Shown here in pieces: positions 39,975-52,519 of a stretch of DNA of 64,000 nucleotides. Numbering within the stretch: position 1 is the stretch's first letter; each line of letters opens with the position of its first letter. Under the pieces are notes generated by a model. That model was not told the origin of the DNA. It was given only the letters and a program-made list of their open reading frames with translations, and searched no databases. The stretch comes from Octopus vulgaris (taxonomy: Eukaryota): contig OX597818.1 of NCBI GenBank assembly GCA_951406725.2, forward strand, positions 107,074,001 to 107,138,000. Reading direction: 5' to 3'. Both the position numbers and the translations under genes were made by a program.

Positions 39975-40137
39975 CAAAATACATGTACATTATTTACATT
40001 ATTTACAATTGACGGATGTTTGTCCTCATCTTGTTTGTTGTTAACTCAGTGTTTCAGCTGATATACCCTTCAGCCTTCATAAGGTGTCTTGGGGAAATTT
40101 CAAACCTGGGTTCTCATTCCTAAGGTCTTTTTCGATG
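39975..40137 (-). mobile_element. Penelope-type terminal fragment with decayed hammerhead
   Basis: rc gacacCTTATGAAGGCTGaagggtatatCAGCTGAAACact resembles a CTGATGA-stem II-GAAA core. Confidence 0.55.
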
Positions 40138-40171
40138 TTGTTATTACTATTATTATTACTATTGTTATTAC

Positions 40172-40244
<73 letters not shown>

Positions 40245-40254
40245 ATTATTATTA

Positions 40255-40343
40255 TTATTATTGAGTAAGAGAGCAGTGCATGCCATCAAAGTGACACTGG
40301 GGTAAAATATATGAAGCCCAGTATACCCATCATGACTACCCGT
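40255..40343 (-). mobile_element. Short retroelement 3' end with long (AAT/AAC)n tail (40138-40261)
   Basis: rc of 10590-10680. Confidence 0.65.
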
Positions 40344-40347
40344 CAAT

Positions 40348-40730
40348 AGTGATGAACATTCTGGGAGATCCACAACCAGCAGAACTGAAAAAAGAAACAT
40401 TGCAGATGTGAGGAGAAATCATCGAATCACCATCAGTGAGTTATCAGAGGATGTGCAAATTAGTTACAGTTCAGTTTAGTCCACTTATCACTGGAGATTT
40501 GGGTATGAGACGCATATCTGCTAAGTTGGTGCCAAAACTGCTTTCAGCTGACCAAAAAGACACTCGAGTCTCAGTTGCACAAGATCTCCTTGACTGAGTC
40601 GAGAATGATGAAAACATTTCGGAAACTTTATGTAGGCCTCTGAGCAGGTATTGCCAAGCTTTTGGCAAAATTTGATGCGGATTCTCTGCTCAACTTTCTC
40701 TGCCATGGTCCATGCAATGATCACACGCTA
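40348..40730. mobile_element. Rearranged mariner transposase relic
   Basis: + strand DEHSGRSTTS..RITISELSEDVQIS..DLGMRRISAKLVPKLLSADQK; - strand N-terminus MAEKVEQRIRIKFCQKLG at 40620-40706. Confidence 0.8.
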
Positions 40731-40768
40731 CACACTGTAATAAGACACTCAGCGAAGGAAAGAAAGGG

Positions 40769-40805
40769 TGTTTCACGTTTCGAGCAATGCTCTTCTTCAG
40801 AAACA
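40769..40805 (-). ncRNA. Minimal type-I hammerhead ribozyme motif (Penelope-associated), likely inactive
   Basis: rc TGTTT CTGAAGA A GAGC ATT GCTC GAAAC GT G AAACA: intact core and stems I/II, but the cleavage triplet is GUG. Confidence 0.6.
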
Positions 40806-42179
40806 GCAGACAGGGGAAAGTCCAAGGGAAAGGGAAAGACGGAGGGAAAAAATCACCAACAGTCCACATATGATTACATTTGGGAATGACCGGAAGTAGA
40901 TGGACAAAGAGAAAGTGCTTTCTGAGATAGGAGAGTGTGAAGGAAGTTTAGTAACTGTGTGTATGTGTGGGAGCAACTGCGTGGCAGTAACTGAGTGCAT
41001 GTGTGTGTGTTTTTGTGTGGTTGTGTGTTTTAGCACATGTGCGTAGATGGGATGATCAGTAGTAGTAGGAATGGGTGGTTGTGGATGTGTGTGTGTGTGT
41101 GTTGGTATGTTTATGTAGACAGAGTGGGAATGTGTCTATGTGTGTGTGTTTGTCCCACCCTCTGTGTCACTCTGTTTCTCTCTCTTTCACTCACTGTATG
41201 TGTATGTGTGTGTGTTCACGTGTGCAGGTTGGGATGTGTGTGCGTGTATGTGTGTGTGAGTGAGTGTGGAAGTGTATGTATGTGTGTGTGTGTATGTATG
41301 TGTGCTTGTGTGTGTGTATACACACACATATATATATATACATGTATATGTATGTATATGTATATACACACATATATATATACATGTATATGTATGTATA
41401 TGTATATATCCACACAAGCACATAGATATATGAATGTTTATGTGAAACACTAGGGTTTCTCCCTCAGCTGGTTCTCACAATGAACCAACCATTCTCAAAC
41501 AACATGGGCGTTTCACAGTTTTGTTTAGAATGCTCTATATGCTATGTTTCTATTGTGTATGAACTTAGGAACTTAAAAGACCTTCATTGTTACACACACA
41601 TTTTTTAAAGTAAGATGAAACCTTGGTGTACATGTCAGATAATAAAAAAGAAGAGGCAAAAATATTCCTAAGCTTTTGAAATCTGTCAGACATATTTGGT
41701 TCTTATGATTGGTTTCTACAGGTTCGTTTTGAAGTCTATGTAAATGGCCAGATTGTTCTCTTTGAGTACAATTATTTAGAATGGAAAGCCAAAAGAATTG
41801 TGAATATCTAAAATATTATTCAAGTCTCTAGATGAGCAGAAGGAAACACAATTCTTGAATGTGCAAGTACTTATTCCAGATGAAGAATATTGGAGACTAA
41901 AGGCAATCAAATACCAAAGTGGTAGGGAGTCTGCAATGAGAGATTATTTGGTAGTTCAGCTTCTTTAATATTGTTGATGATGGTATAGGTAGAATCAGTG
42001 ATGAGGTAAGTGGTATTGTTGGTGGTGTAATAGCATTGGTGGTAGTGTAGTGGTATTGTTGATGGTGTGGTGTTATTGGTTTGATGGCATTGGAGACATG
42101 AACGTTGAAACAAATTATATTAAATGTACAACAACAGCAACAACAACAATAATAATGGTTTCCTTTTTATTCTTTCTTT

Positions 42180-42530
42180 ATGCTTTTGTTTGTTTCAGTC
42201 ATTAGACTGCGGCCATGCTGGGGCACCACCTTGAAGAATTTTTATTGAATGAATCGACCTAAGTACTTCTTTTTTTAAAGTCTGGTCCTTATTGTATTGG
42301 TCTCTTTTTCTCAACTGCTAAGTCACAGGGACATAAATACATCAAAATCGTTTACCAAGCAGTAGTGAAGGACACACGCACATGCACACACACATTCACG
42401 ACTGGCTTATTTTAGTTTCCATCTACCAAACCCATTTGCAAGGCTTTGGTTGGCCTGTGGCTCTAGTAAAAGACACTTGGCCAATATTCTATGCCACGGA
42501 ACTGAACAAGGAACCATCCAGCCATGCCAG
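42180..42530 (-). mobile_element. SINE family A, diverged
   Basis: Reverse complement of family A. Confidence 0.75.
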
Positions 42531-43197
42531 TGCCTGTGAAAGAATTGAAGATGCTAAAGAATAGATTAAGTGTGAAGTTGTAATCTTCATGCTGTCATCA
42601 GTGATATTAATGATGCAGATGAACGGAAATGTATGCAACTGGTTCTGGAAACTAGGCAGCAGCTTGCCAACAACTTGCCTCTACTCAATACCATTGAGAT
42701 ATGTTCATAAGAATTTTCTCTAAAAACATAACTAACAAACATATGGTTAATTTAATAATCATTCTTGTAATAATTTTTGAAACCAATTCTAAAGAAACAT
42801 TGTTTCATGTTTATTTGTCAAAAACATCTGGCAGATGAAGAACATTGCTACTATGATGGTTATTGTTCTTGTTGCTGTTGTAATAATCATTGTTGCAATT
42901 ATTGTTACTGTTGTTGTTGTTGTTGTCACAATTACTGTTATTGCTACAAAGTTGTGGTTGAAGCTGATATTGTGAATGCATTTTGTTTTCTTTCTTAATT
43001 GGTAGTTTCAAGAAAACATTCATCAAGTCAAACTACAATGAATTGCTGACTTCCAACTCATTCTAAACTAAAAGTTCCAACATACTGTATTAAACATTTA
43101 CTCTAAACCCTACTGATCTCAGGTGGAGGGTCAAGTTAGACTCAGGGGCCTAGACCCAAGAAGGTTAAAATAGAAAGCAATTCATTCAAATTGACAG

Positions 43198-44054
43198 AGT
43201 GTAAGCATCTTGGGAGAAAAGTTGTGCATAAAAGGCATCAGATGTGATGTGCAAGAGAGGCAACTGTGCTGGTATGGTCATGTGTTTCATATGAATGAAG
43301 ATAGCTGTGTAAAGAAGTGCAGATCTTTAACTGTGGAGGAAACTTATGGTAGAAGTAGGCCCAGGAAGACATGGGATGAGGGGGTGAAGCATGATCTTTG
43401 AACTTTGAGCCTCGCAGAGGCAATGACTGGTGATCAAGACCTTTGGTGATATGCTGTCAAGCTGGTGGCATGTAAAGAATATCTTTTTAACGTTGGGCCT
43501 CAGGGAGGCAAGTAGATGAGTTCCTTTTGAGCATTGGGACTTGGGCTTCATGGGGGCAAAGTGGCTGAATTCTTTTTGAGCATTGGACCTGACAGAGGCA
43601 GAGTGGCTGAGCTCCTTTCAAGTGTTGGGCCTCATGGAGGCAAAGTGGCTGAGTTTCTTTTGAATGTTGGGTCTCACAGAGGCAAGGTGGCTGAGTTCCT
43701 TTCGAGTTTTGGGCCTCACGGAGGCAATGACCAAGACTTTTGGCATTATATCATGCTTAAGAAGACCCATCAAACCAAGTTGTGGCAGATACTGGTGTCA
43801 TTCAAAATGGCACCTGTGCTGATGGCACATGAATATACCGCAGTGTCATGCAAATGGCACCTGTTCCGGTGGAACGTAAAAGCACCCATTATACTTTTGG
43901 AGTGATTGGCATTAAGAAGGGCATCCAGCCGTAGAAAACCATGTCAAATCAAACTCTAGTCTGGCGCAGCCTTCCAGCGTGCCAGCCCAGTCAAAACGTC
44001 CAACCCATGCCAGCATGGACAGCAGACGTTAAATAATGATGATGAAGATGATGA
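43198..44054 (+). mobile_element. RTE LINE 3' fragment with 39-bp VNTR
   Basis: IRCDVQERQLCWYGHVFHM..GRSRPRKTWDE; about six 39-bp units at 43490-43730; (GAT)n tail. Confidence 0.88.
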
Positions 44055-44590
44055 CATTTACACACATAGGTATATGTATGTATTTATAACTATTTATATT
44101 CATGTATGTGTATATATATATGAACATATGCATGTGTCTGTGTGTTGGTGTCTCAGTACACACACAAATGCATCATTATAAGCATCATGTTCTACTAAAC
44201 AAACGTGCATACATGTGTGTACAAAAACAATATAATATTATTTTATATCTATATTAAGTTACACTATCTGATGGATATCTTTATATACGAGTAACAATGG
44301 AAACTATTCTACGTAACCAAAAGTATGAAGAACAATTATACATTGTGCTTATCTATTAAATATTTGTACATGCAATATATAGATACACACACATGCACAC
44401 ACACACACAAATGTATGTATGAATGTGTGTATATATATGCATGTGTATGTATGAATGTATATATATATGTGTGTGTGTGTATGTATGAATGCATATATAT
44501 GTATGTATATGTGTGCATATATATATATATATATATGTACACACACACACACATATATATGTATGAATGTGTAAATATATATATATATAT

Positions 44591-44621
<31 letters not shown>

Positions 44622-44727
44622 CACACACAAATATACATGCATACATACATGTATGAATGCGTGTATATATATGTGTGTGCGTGTATGCATGAACATTTAT
44701 ATATATATGTATGAATGCATATATATG

Positions 44728-44784
<57 letters not shown>

Positions 44785-44803
44785 GACACAATTAGACACT
44801 TAC

Positions 44804-44972
44804 GCAGACTTATGTACAGCTTATCATGAAGTAATGATCTCCAGAGTATGAGATGAATGAATATAGTTCCTATGAAATAAACCGTTAAAAGGTTACACGA
44901 GAACCACTCTCGCTGATTATGCATCCTGTTCGTGTGGTATTTCTTTGCATCTGTCATCAGATTATTTGTCAT
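44804..44972 (-). CDS. Possible first coding exon with hydrophobic signal/anchor segment
   Basis: ATG at 44972, 56 codons + 1 nt, then a perfect GTAAGT donor (phase 1); hydrophobic LLTVYFIGTIFIHLILW; CCAAT at about 45094-45098 upstream. No homology recognised. Confidence 0.3.
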
Positions 44973-45217
44973 CTTATTCAGACTGGTATTTCAAATTTGA
45001 GAAAGTCCAGTAGAAAATGTCATCTAAGCTTGCTCCCTCATCAAAGCACTTTTATAGCGTAATTAACCATCTATTTAACGCTAAGCATTCTTGATTGGTC
45101 AAGGGCTGAGTGGGGTAGAGGTCAGTCATCTACTGATTTCTAAGTGTAAACATCTACATTCACACATTCACATACACACTCAGCTAAGTGTGTATGTCTG
45201 TGTATGACTCTCTCACT

Positions 45218-45262
<45 letters not shown>

Positions 45263-45344
45263 CGTGTGTGCGTGTGCATGCATACATATGTATATATGAG
45301 TGAGTGGACAAGTGTTATTAATATATATATACAAGAATTTTAAG

Positions 45345-45530
45345 CATGCTGACCAAAATGTTAGGTGGCATTTCATCCATCTTTATGTTCTGAGTTCAAA
45401 TTCTGCCGAGGTCGACTTTGTCTCTGACCCTTTCAGGCTGATAAAATGAGACCCTGTCGAACATTGGGGTGATGTAATTAACTTAGCCTCTCCAGCGAAG
45501 TTGCTTGCCTTGTGGCAAAATTTGAAACCT
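45345..45530 (+). mobile_element. SINE family E (Nin-like) with (ATCT)n tail
   Basis: gagttcaaattctgccgaggtcgactttg..ctttcaggctgataaaatgag. Confidence 0.75.
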
Positions 45531-45543
45531 ATATCTATATCTA

Positions 45544-45626
<83 letters not shown>

Positions 45627-45661
45627 ATATTTATAATAGGATTAGCTCGTATACGAGTAGG

Positions 45662-46881
45662 TATATATTTGTAAAAAATGAAGTTCGAAAATGCTGCTAT
45701 ATTATACAATTTTTAATTTTTATATATACTTTATAACATGTTTCAGTTCCTGAAATGAACCTTATCAAAAAAAGTTATATATAAAAAAATTTTATATATA
45801 AAAAAAGACAGCTCATGCCATCAAACACAAGAAATTCATTTACAATACACAACGGAGTCAGACATCTTAAAGTTCAAATGTAGTTTGAAGTAAGTTCATT
45901 CATGCTATATGTTCAAAGTGTTCGATGCAGTGGCCCACGGTGGCGATACGTATTCAATACAAAAAACAGATCAAAGTGGTGGAAAGCAGTCAATACAGAA
46001 GATTGATGTTCCCGAAAGAGCGAGGAATTCATTTTTACCTTGAGCAATTGTGATGACCCATGGTGGGTGTTCGCTAGGTGATTCTAGTGAGTCTTGTGAA
46101 TTGTTCGGGTTTTTGTTGGTCAGAATGCTGATGACGTCCCGTTCTGCTTGACTAAGCCACCTAACGAAAAGGGGCAGATCTAATACAGCTATAAGTCGTG
46201 ATTGGTCAGAATCATGATGACGTACCGTCCTGCTTGACTAAGCCACCTAACGAAACGACTGGTCAAAACAGGATACAGACAAGAGACAGTTATAATACAG
46301 CGATAGGTCACGATTGGTCAGAATGTTGATGACGTACCGTTCTGCTTGACTAAAGCCACCTAACGAAACGATTGGTCAAAACGTTGATGACGTCACGCTA
46401 CGCTGGACTGACCACCTAACAGGCATTATAAAACCCGAACAATTCACAAGACTCACTAGAATCACCCAGCGAACACCCACCATGGGTCATCACAATTGCT
46501 CAAGGTAAAAATGAATTCCTCGCTCTTTCGGGAACATCAATCTTCTGTATTGACTGCTTTCCACCACTTTGATCTGTTTTTTGTATTGAATACGTATCGC
46601 TACCGTGGGCCACTGCATCGAACACTTTGAACATATAGCATGAATGAACTTACTTCAAACTACATTTGAACTTTAAGATGTCTGACTCCGTTGTGTATTG
46701 TAAATGAATTTCTTGTGTTTGACGGCATGAGCTGTCTTTTTTTTTATATAAAATTTTTTTATATATAACTTTTTGTGATAAGGTTCATTTCAGGAACTGA
46801 AACATGTTATAATGTATATATAAAAATTAAAAATTGTATAATATAGCAGCATTTTCGAACTTCATTTTTTACAAATATATA
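45662..46881. mobile_element. Large, very young fold-back element (~450-bp arms) with tandem-repeat loop
   Basis: 45662-46113 is the rc of 46430-46881, with about 5 mismatches by eye; a hammerhead relic in each arm. Confidence 0.9.
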
Positions 46882-46899
46882 TATATATATATAGCTGAT

Positions 46900-47080
46900 A
46901 GATCGGTAGCCACTACACACACTTTTTTCTCTCCTTGTTTCTTTCTGTGTTCCTTTCTGTGGAAGAGCGTAGGCTCAAAACGTAAAAGACTTTTTCAATT
47001 CCCGAGCGTTATACTAATACATCTGTTTGTTTTCTACACTACCTATCTTCATCTTTTGTTTTTTTTCATGAATTCTCCTT
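46900..47080 (+). mobile_element. Penelope-type terminal repeat fragment with hammerhead-like motif
   Basis: Homologous to 30420-30565; between (TA)n tracts. Confidence 0.6.
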
Positions 47081-47154
47081 GTATATATATATATGTATAT
47101 ATATATATACATATATATATATACATATATACATAGATATATATATATATATAT

Positions 47155-48262
47155 AAACCAAAAAGTCTTAGTAAATAGGAAGGCAGAAAAATCACAAATC
47201 CCTTCAGGTGGGTGGCCCTGCTTGATCTGTAGGAATGGTGTAGGTAGAAACTCCATAAGATGCACCTGGTGTAAGCTATGGGTACATAAGAGGTGCAGCA
47301 ATATCAGGGGAAGGTGAACAGGGAAACTAGCTTTTGTATGTGGAAAATGCACAGCTACAATAAATACTGAAAATGTGTAGAAAATAGACTCCATCAAGTG
47401 CCGGTGGGGGGCAAGCTACTAGCTGTGAGATCAGACTAGGCAAAGTTCAGAGAGCTCCTACCTCAGCTGGCAACAAAAGGCTTCTCTCTCAGACTGAAAG
47501 GCAGATTGTATGATGCCTGTGTGTGAACAGCTATGCTACACAGCAGTGAAATATGGGCTGTGACTGCCAAGGACATGTGTAGGTTTGAAAGAAATGAAGC
47601 CAGTAAGCTTCGCTGGATGTGCAATGTCAGTGAGCATGTTTCACAGAGTGTAAGCATCTTGAGAGAAAAGTTAGGTGTAAGAGGCATCAGAGACAGCTGC
47701 ACTGGTATGGTCATATGATATGTATGGATGAGGACATCTGTGTGAAGAAGTGTTGATCTCTAACTGTGGAGAGAACCTGTGGTAGAAATAAACCCAGGAA
47801 ATCATGGGACTTAGTGGTGAAGCAATGATCTTTCAACTGTGAGCTTCACAGAGGCAAAGTGGTTGACTTTCTTTCAAACATTGGGCTTTATGGCAGCAAA
47901 GTGGCTGAGTTCCTTTCAAGCGTTGAGCCCCACAGAGGCAAAGTGGCTGACTTCCTTTTGAGTATTGGGCCTCACAGAGGCAATAACTGAAACCTTTGGC
48001 ATTATGATGCACTAAAGAAGGGGATCCATAAAGCTGAGCGAAATCATAATTATGGTAGATACCAGTGTCATGCAAACGGCACCCATGGTCGGCATTAGGA
48101 AGTGGTTGGCATTAAGAATGGCATCCATACATAGAAAACCATGCCAAATCAGAGTGGAGTCTAGTGCAACCTTCCAGCTTACCAGCCCTGGGCAGACTGT
48201 CCAACCCATGCTAGCATGGATGACAGACGTTAAATGATGATGAAGATGATGATGATGATGAT
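47155..48262 (+). mobile_element. RTE LINE 3' part, decayed
   Basis: [52 protein letters not shown], 39-bp repeats at 47830-47990, (GAT)n tail. Confidence 0.88.
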
Positions 48263-48264
48263 AG

Positions 48265-48300
<36 letters not shown>

Positions 48301-50668
48301 TGTATGTATGTATGTATGTATGTATGTATGTATGTATGTATGTGTGTATGTATGTAGTGGAAATGGAATTTCCACAATGTATTCCCTGTATATCATAAGT
48401 TGTATCACTACTAATTAGTGGCCAATTAACCACTATAAGCTGATTGAATAATGAAAATCTATGCAGTAGTTGAACATCTAACTGCATATGCAAGATATCA
48501 TCTTCATCATTATCATAATCATCATCATTTAGCGTCCATTTTCCAAGCTGGCATGGGTTGGATTGCTTGACAAGGAGCTAGCAAACCTGAGAGCTGTCCA
48601 GGCCCTAACTGTCTATTTTTACATGGTTTCTACAGTATCTGTTACAACTCCACTGCTGAGTCCAGTGGCTGACTGTTTTAAAGATAACCTCAGTAACAAT
48701 GTTTAACTTCTCTTGCTATCAGAATCACTTTTTGCCAGCTTCCTTTCAGCTCACAGAATCTGTTTATATTTAAAATTTGGAACTAAGTTTATGTCTTAAT
48801 TAAATTTTACATCATTTGAGCTTAAGACATGATCAATCATTGGCCTACATCAGTGCCATGGAGGAATGTGCTGACTGTGGGTGTCTTAGCTTTTGTACAC
48901 TTATGATAAAGTTCTAGCAATCAATCTAGGCAAAAGTGTCACACTGTCATAATTCTTGGAAATTTCTTCAATATGAATATTTTATTTTTAAATGGAGATA
49001 TAAATAGTCTGCAACTCTCCTTCAAACTTCAATACCGAAACACATCAAACATTTATACATACCAGCTTGGTGCATTATAACTCTGGAAATATCTGCCAAT
49101 TAGAATGCAGAAAGTTACAATAAAATATCTCCAGGAAGATATTTCTTTATAGTTCCTCTTCTTCTTTAACGAGACTTCACTTTTTTGTGAAGACATCTTT
49201 TAGAGAATGTCTTATTGCCTTATCCATAATTCTATTAGTTCTTGAAAGCAGGTCAATCATATTGGACTTATAGCAAGCTTTTAGATATAACATTACAAGC
49301 TGAAATTAAACAATGCCTGATCTAAATCACCATTTAAAAACTGACTTATCGAAAATACCATCAACAGACAAAAAAACCTTCTCACACTTGGTAAAGGCCT
49401 TCTCGTAATGCTTCATTTGCCGATCATTCTTATTCTTCATTTACATATGACTTTCAATATTGTTATCACACAAACCTTTATTGACATTGTTTTTTATTTA
49501 TTGTTTTTTTTAAGTAAAACTTCCCAGAATATTGCTTTAGAGATAAAAATAAATGCAAGTGACAAAACTTGTTTTTTTTTTTTTACAATAACTACAACAA
49601 AATGTTTCGTTTAAAAGGAAAGACAAAACAAACAACAGAAAACATAAACAAAAACCGTCGTTGAGATAACATATCGGCTGCTGCAATGTTCTTTTAAATT
49701 GAACAGTTACTTTTTATATGATATAACTGTTGGTTTCAAGTGTATTGATTTTAAATATTTGCATATGATAAATAGGAATTCTTTAATCTTTTATGAATCC
49801 TTTTGAAGATAGAACATTACTTTCGAAAATTAAGAAAGTTAATTACATAGAAAAATGATCCTATTTCCCCTCCACAAGTATCTGAGATGTTAAGGAGGTT
49901 TTTACACTTCTCTTTAGTTTATATTATTTAAGAGATTAACAACTGGAATATAATGTCAAACCATAGTAATGAAGAATACCTAATTTAATTGTGAAGCCTA
50001 ATAGCTTTGATAAATAGGAAAATGGAAGCTGTGATACTGGTGCTTCCTTTAAGCCAAGTCAGTGAAGCTGCATATATTCAATCTTAAGCTTTTACTCTTA
50101 AAAACTGGAGGAAAATAAGATGGGTATTAATAGCAAATGCATTCAGGAACGGATGAGTGTTGGGTGAGAGGCAAAGTTTTTCAAGTTTTAGTTACGTTGA
50201 TCAGGATATGATTTGGTCAGGATCTCTGTTGCCATTGAAAATTGTGGATTTTCAGGAAAAGAATTCTCACTATAGAAATGGATTCAGACGACATTATTTT
50301 GCAATGCTTTGATAAGGATTAACCAACAAACACTATTGTTCCCAATACAGTGCCACTCTCAAGACAATCAACTAGAAAATATCTACCTGCCAGATCCAGT
50401 AAATCTACCCTCAAATCTTGTAAATCTACTCTGAAATCTTGCAAATCTAGTACCCCAAATCCATTCCTATAGTTTGAAAATTGATGACAAAATCGTTCTG
50501 CATGGAACATCTCTTATCAAGAATCTACTTGAGCAGGCTGCTACTACTACTGCTACTGCTGTTGTTGCTGTTGCTACAGCTCCTGCTACTTCTGTTGTTG
50601 CTGTTACTGGTGTTGCTACTACTACTACTACTTCTTCGTCTTCTTTTCTTCTTCTCACCCGCCCCCCC

Positions 50669-50703
<35 letters not shown>

Positions 50704-51287
50704 CCAACATACATACATATACAGTCTGAGCTATAGACATACAACAGGTACAGGTGTGGTTACGTGAGTAAGAATTTGTTTTGCAGCCAAGTAATTTCAG
50801 GTTCATTCTCATGGCATGGCACCTTGGCCAAAAGTCTTTGGCCCCCACCCTCCAACTGATCAATGCCCTATAGGATAGAAGTTATATAAAAGAACACCAT
50901 GTTTGTGCACATGTGTACATGTGTGTATGTGCTCATGTATTCTTGTGTGTTTGTATGAGAGAGAGAGAGAGAGAGTATGTGTTTGTGTCTTCTTGTTTGT
51001 GTTTTGGCACTGTTTATCCACTTCAGCATAAAACATTGTCATCATTTAGTTTTCAGTGTCATTGTTTACATCTGCTGTAAAATCATGTCTGACTGGTGAA
51101 GGATTTGTCATCGAAACACCAATAGTTGTAAGTACATAATTCATAAGGAAAAAATGGTTGAAGTCAGCAAGAGCATCCAGCTGTAGAATGTTACCTTAAC
51201 AAGTTTAATCAAACTTATGCTAGAATGGAAAAGCAAATGCAAAAACGATAATGGTATTGATGATGACACATGTATATACATATATAT

Positions 51288-51858
51288 CATCATCATCATC
51301 ATTGTTTAACATCCTCCTTCCATGCTGGCATGGGTTAGATGGTTTGACAGGAACTGGCCAGGCAGGAGCCTGTGACATGCTTCTATGTCTGTTTTGGCAT
51401 GGTTTTTATACCTGAATTCCCTTCCTAACACCAGCCAACACACTGAGTGGACTGAGTGATTTTTATGTGGCAAAAGCACAGGTGAGGTCAGGTTTGGCAT
51501 GTTGTTTTACAACTGGATGCCCTTCCAAATGCCAACCACTTCACATTGTGGACTGGATGTCTTTTAAGAGGTACCTGAATTGGCAGGGTCACCAAGTAAC
51601 TTTGCAAGACAAAGAATCTATGAGAGCGGAGGGGGCATTGGAGGAGGTAATCTTGTGTCAGATGGTGAAAGATTAGAATGTGGCAGAGAGAGAGAAACAG
51701 ATGTCTTGCTGCAGAGGAGGTCCATGGGTACCCAGCCAGAGAGAGGAAGAGAGAGAGAGAGAAAGCAGGAGAGAAAGTGAGGGGGAGAAAGAAAGCGAGA
51801 GTTAACCAGAATGAGGACAAAAACAGGTGTGCTGCTGAAGTGGAGGGACATGGTTACC

Positions 51859-51920
<62 letters not shown>

Positions 51921-52400
51921 GGAGTTAACAAGAAATAGGTTTGTTGCTGTAAAGGAGATACATGGCTATCTATCCAGAGGTAAGAGTAAGAGAAGGAGGA
52001 AGGATCAAGAATGAAAGCAGAAAGAGGTTTGTTCCCGTAGAGAAGATAGGTGATTATTCAGCCATAGGGGGAGGCAAGGGAAAGAGAGAGAGTGGAGGAG
52101 ACAGCAAGAGTAGGAGAGGGATGGAGGCAAGTGCCAGGGTGTAATCACAAGGAATAGGGATCAAGGCATAGATGGGATGGTAGAGTAAGGAAGAGGGAGA
52201 TGAATGGTGGCAGGTGCTGGCAGGTTATCACTGAGGAGTGAGGGTGGGGAAGGCTGTGACTGGTGGGAATCTGGGTATATAGAGAGGGAGGGAATGGGAA
52301 AGAGGACTGGATTGGGGAGTGCAAAATAATCATTGGGAATGAAGAGGAAATGTGAAGAAGGGAAGAAAGACAGTTTGGGAAGGAGGGGTGTAGTTTGGTT
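51288..52400 (-). mobile_element. Non-autonomous RTE-tailed element (same family as 1140-1926)
   Basis: 51520-51700 and 52120-52270 match the rc of 1270-1720. Confidence 0.65.
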
Positions 52401-52519
52401 TGTTGGGGTAGGGTGTGTGAAAGTTTTATTGTTACGTATGGGTGGGACACAACGCTTCTAGAACTCAGGTTCACTGATGTGTGCATGTCTTCTCTAGAAC
52501 CTTATATCACCAGACATGT

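Noticed and set aside
48640-49420. Possible transposase or LINE relic on the minus strand
   Set aside because: No motif I could assign with confidence
50385-50455. 21-bp triple repeat giving an LQDLRVD-repeat ORF
   Set aside because: Short minisatellite; ORF unsupported
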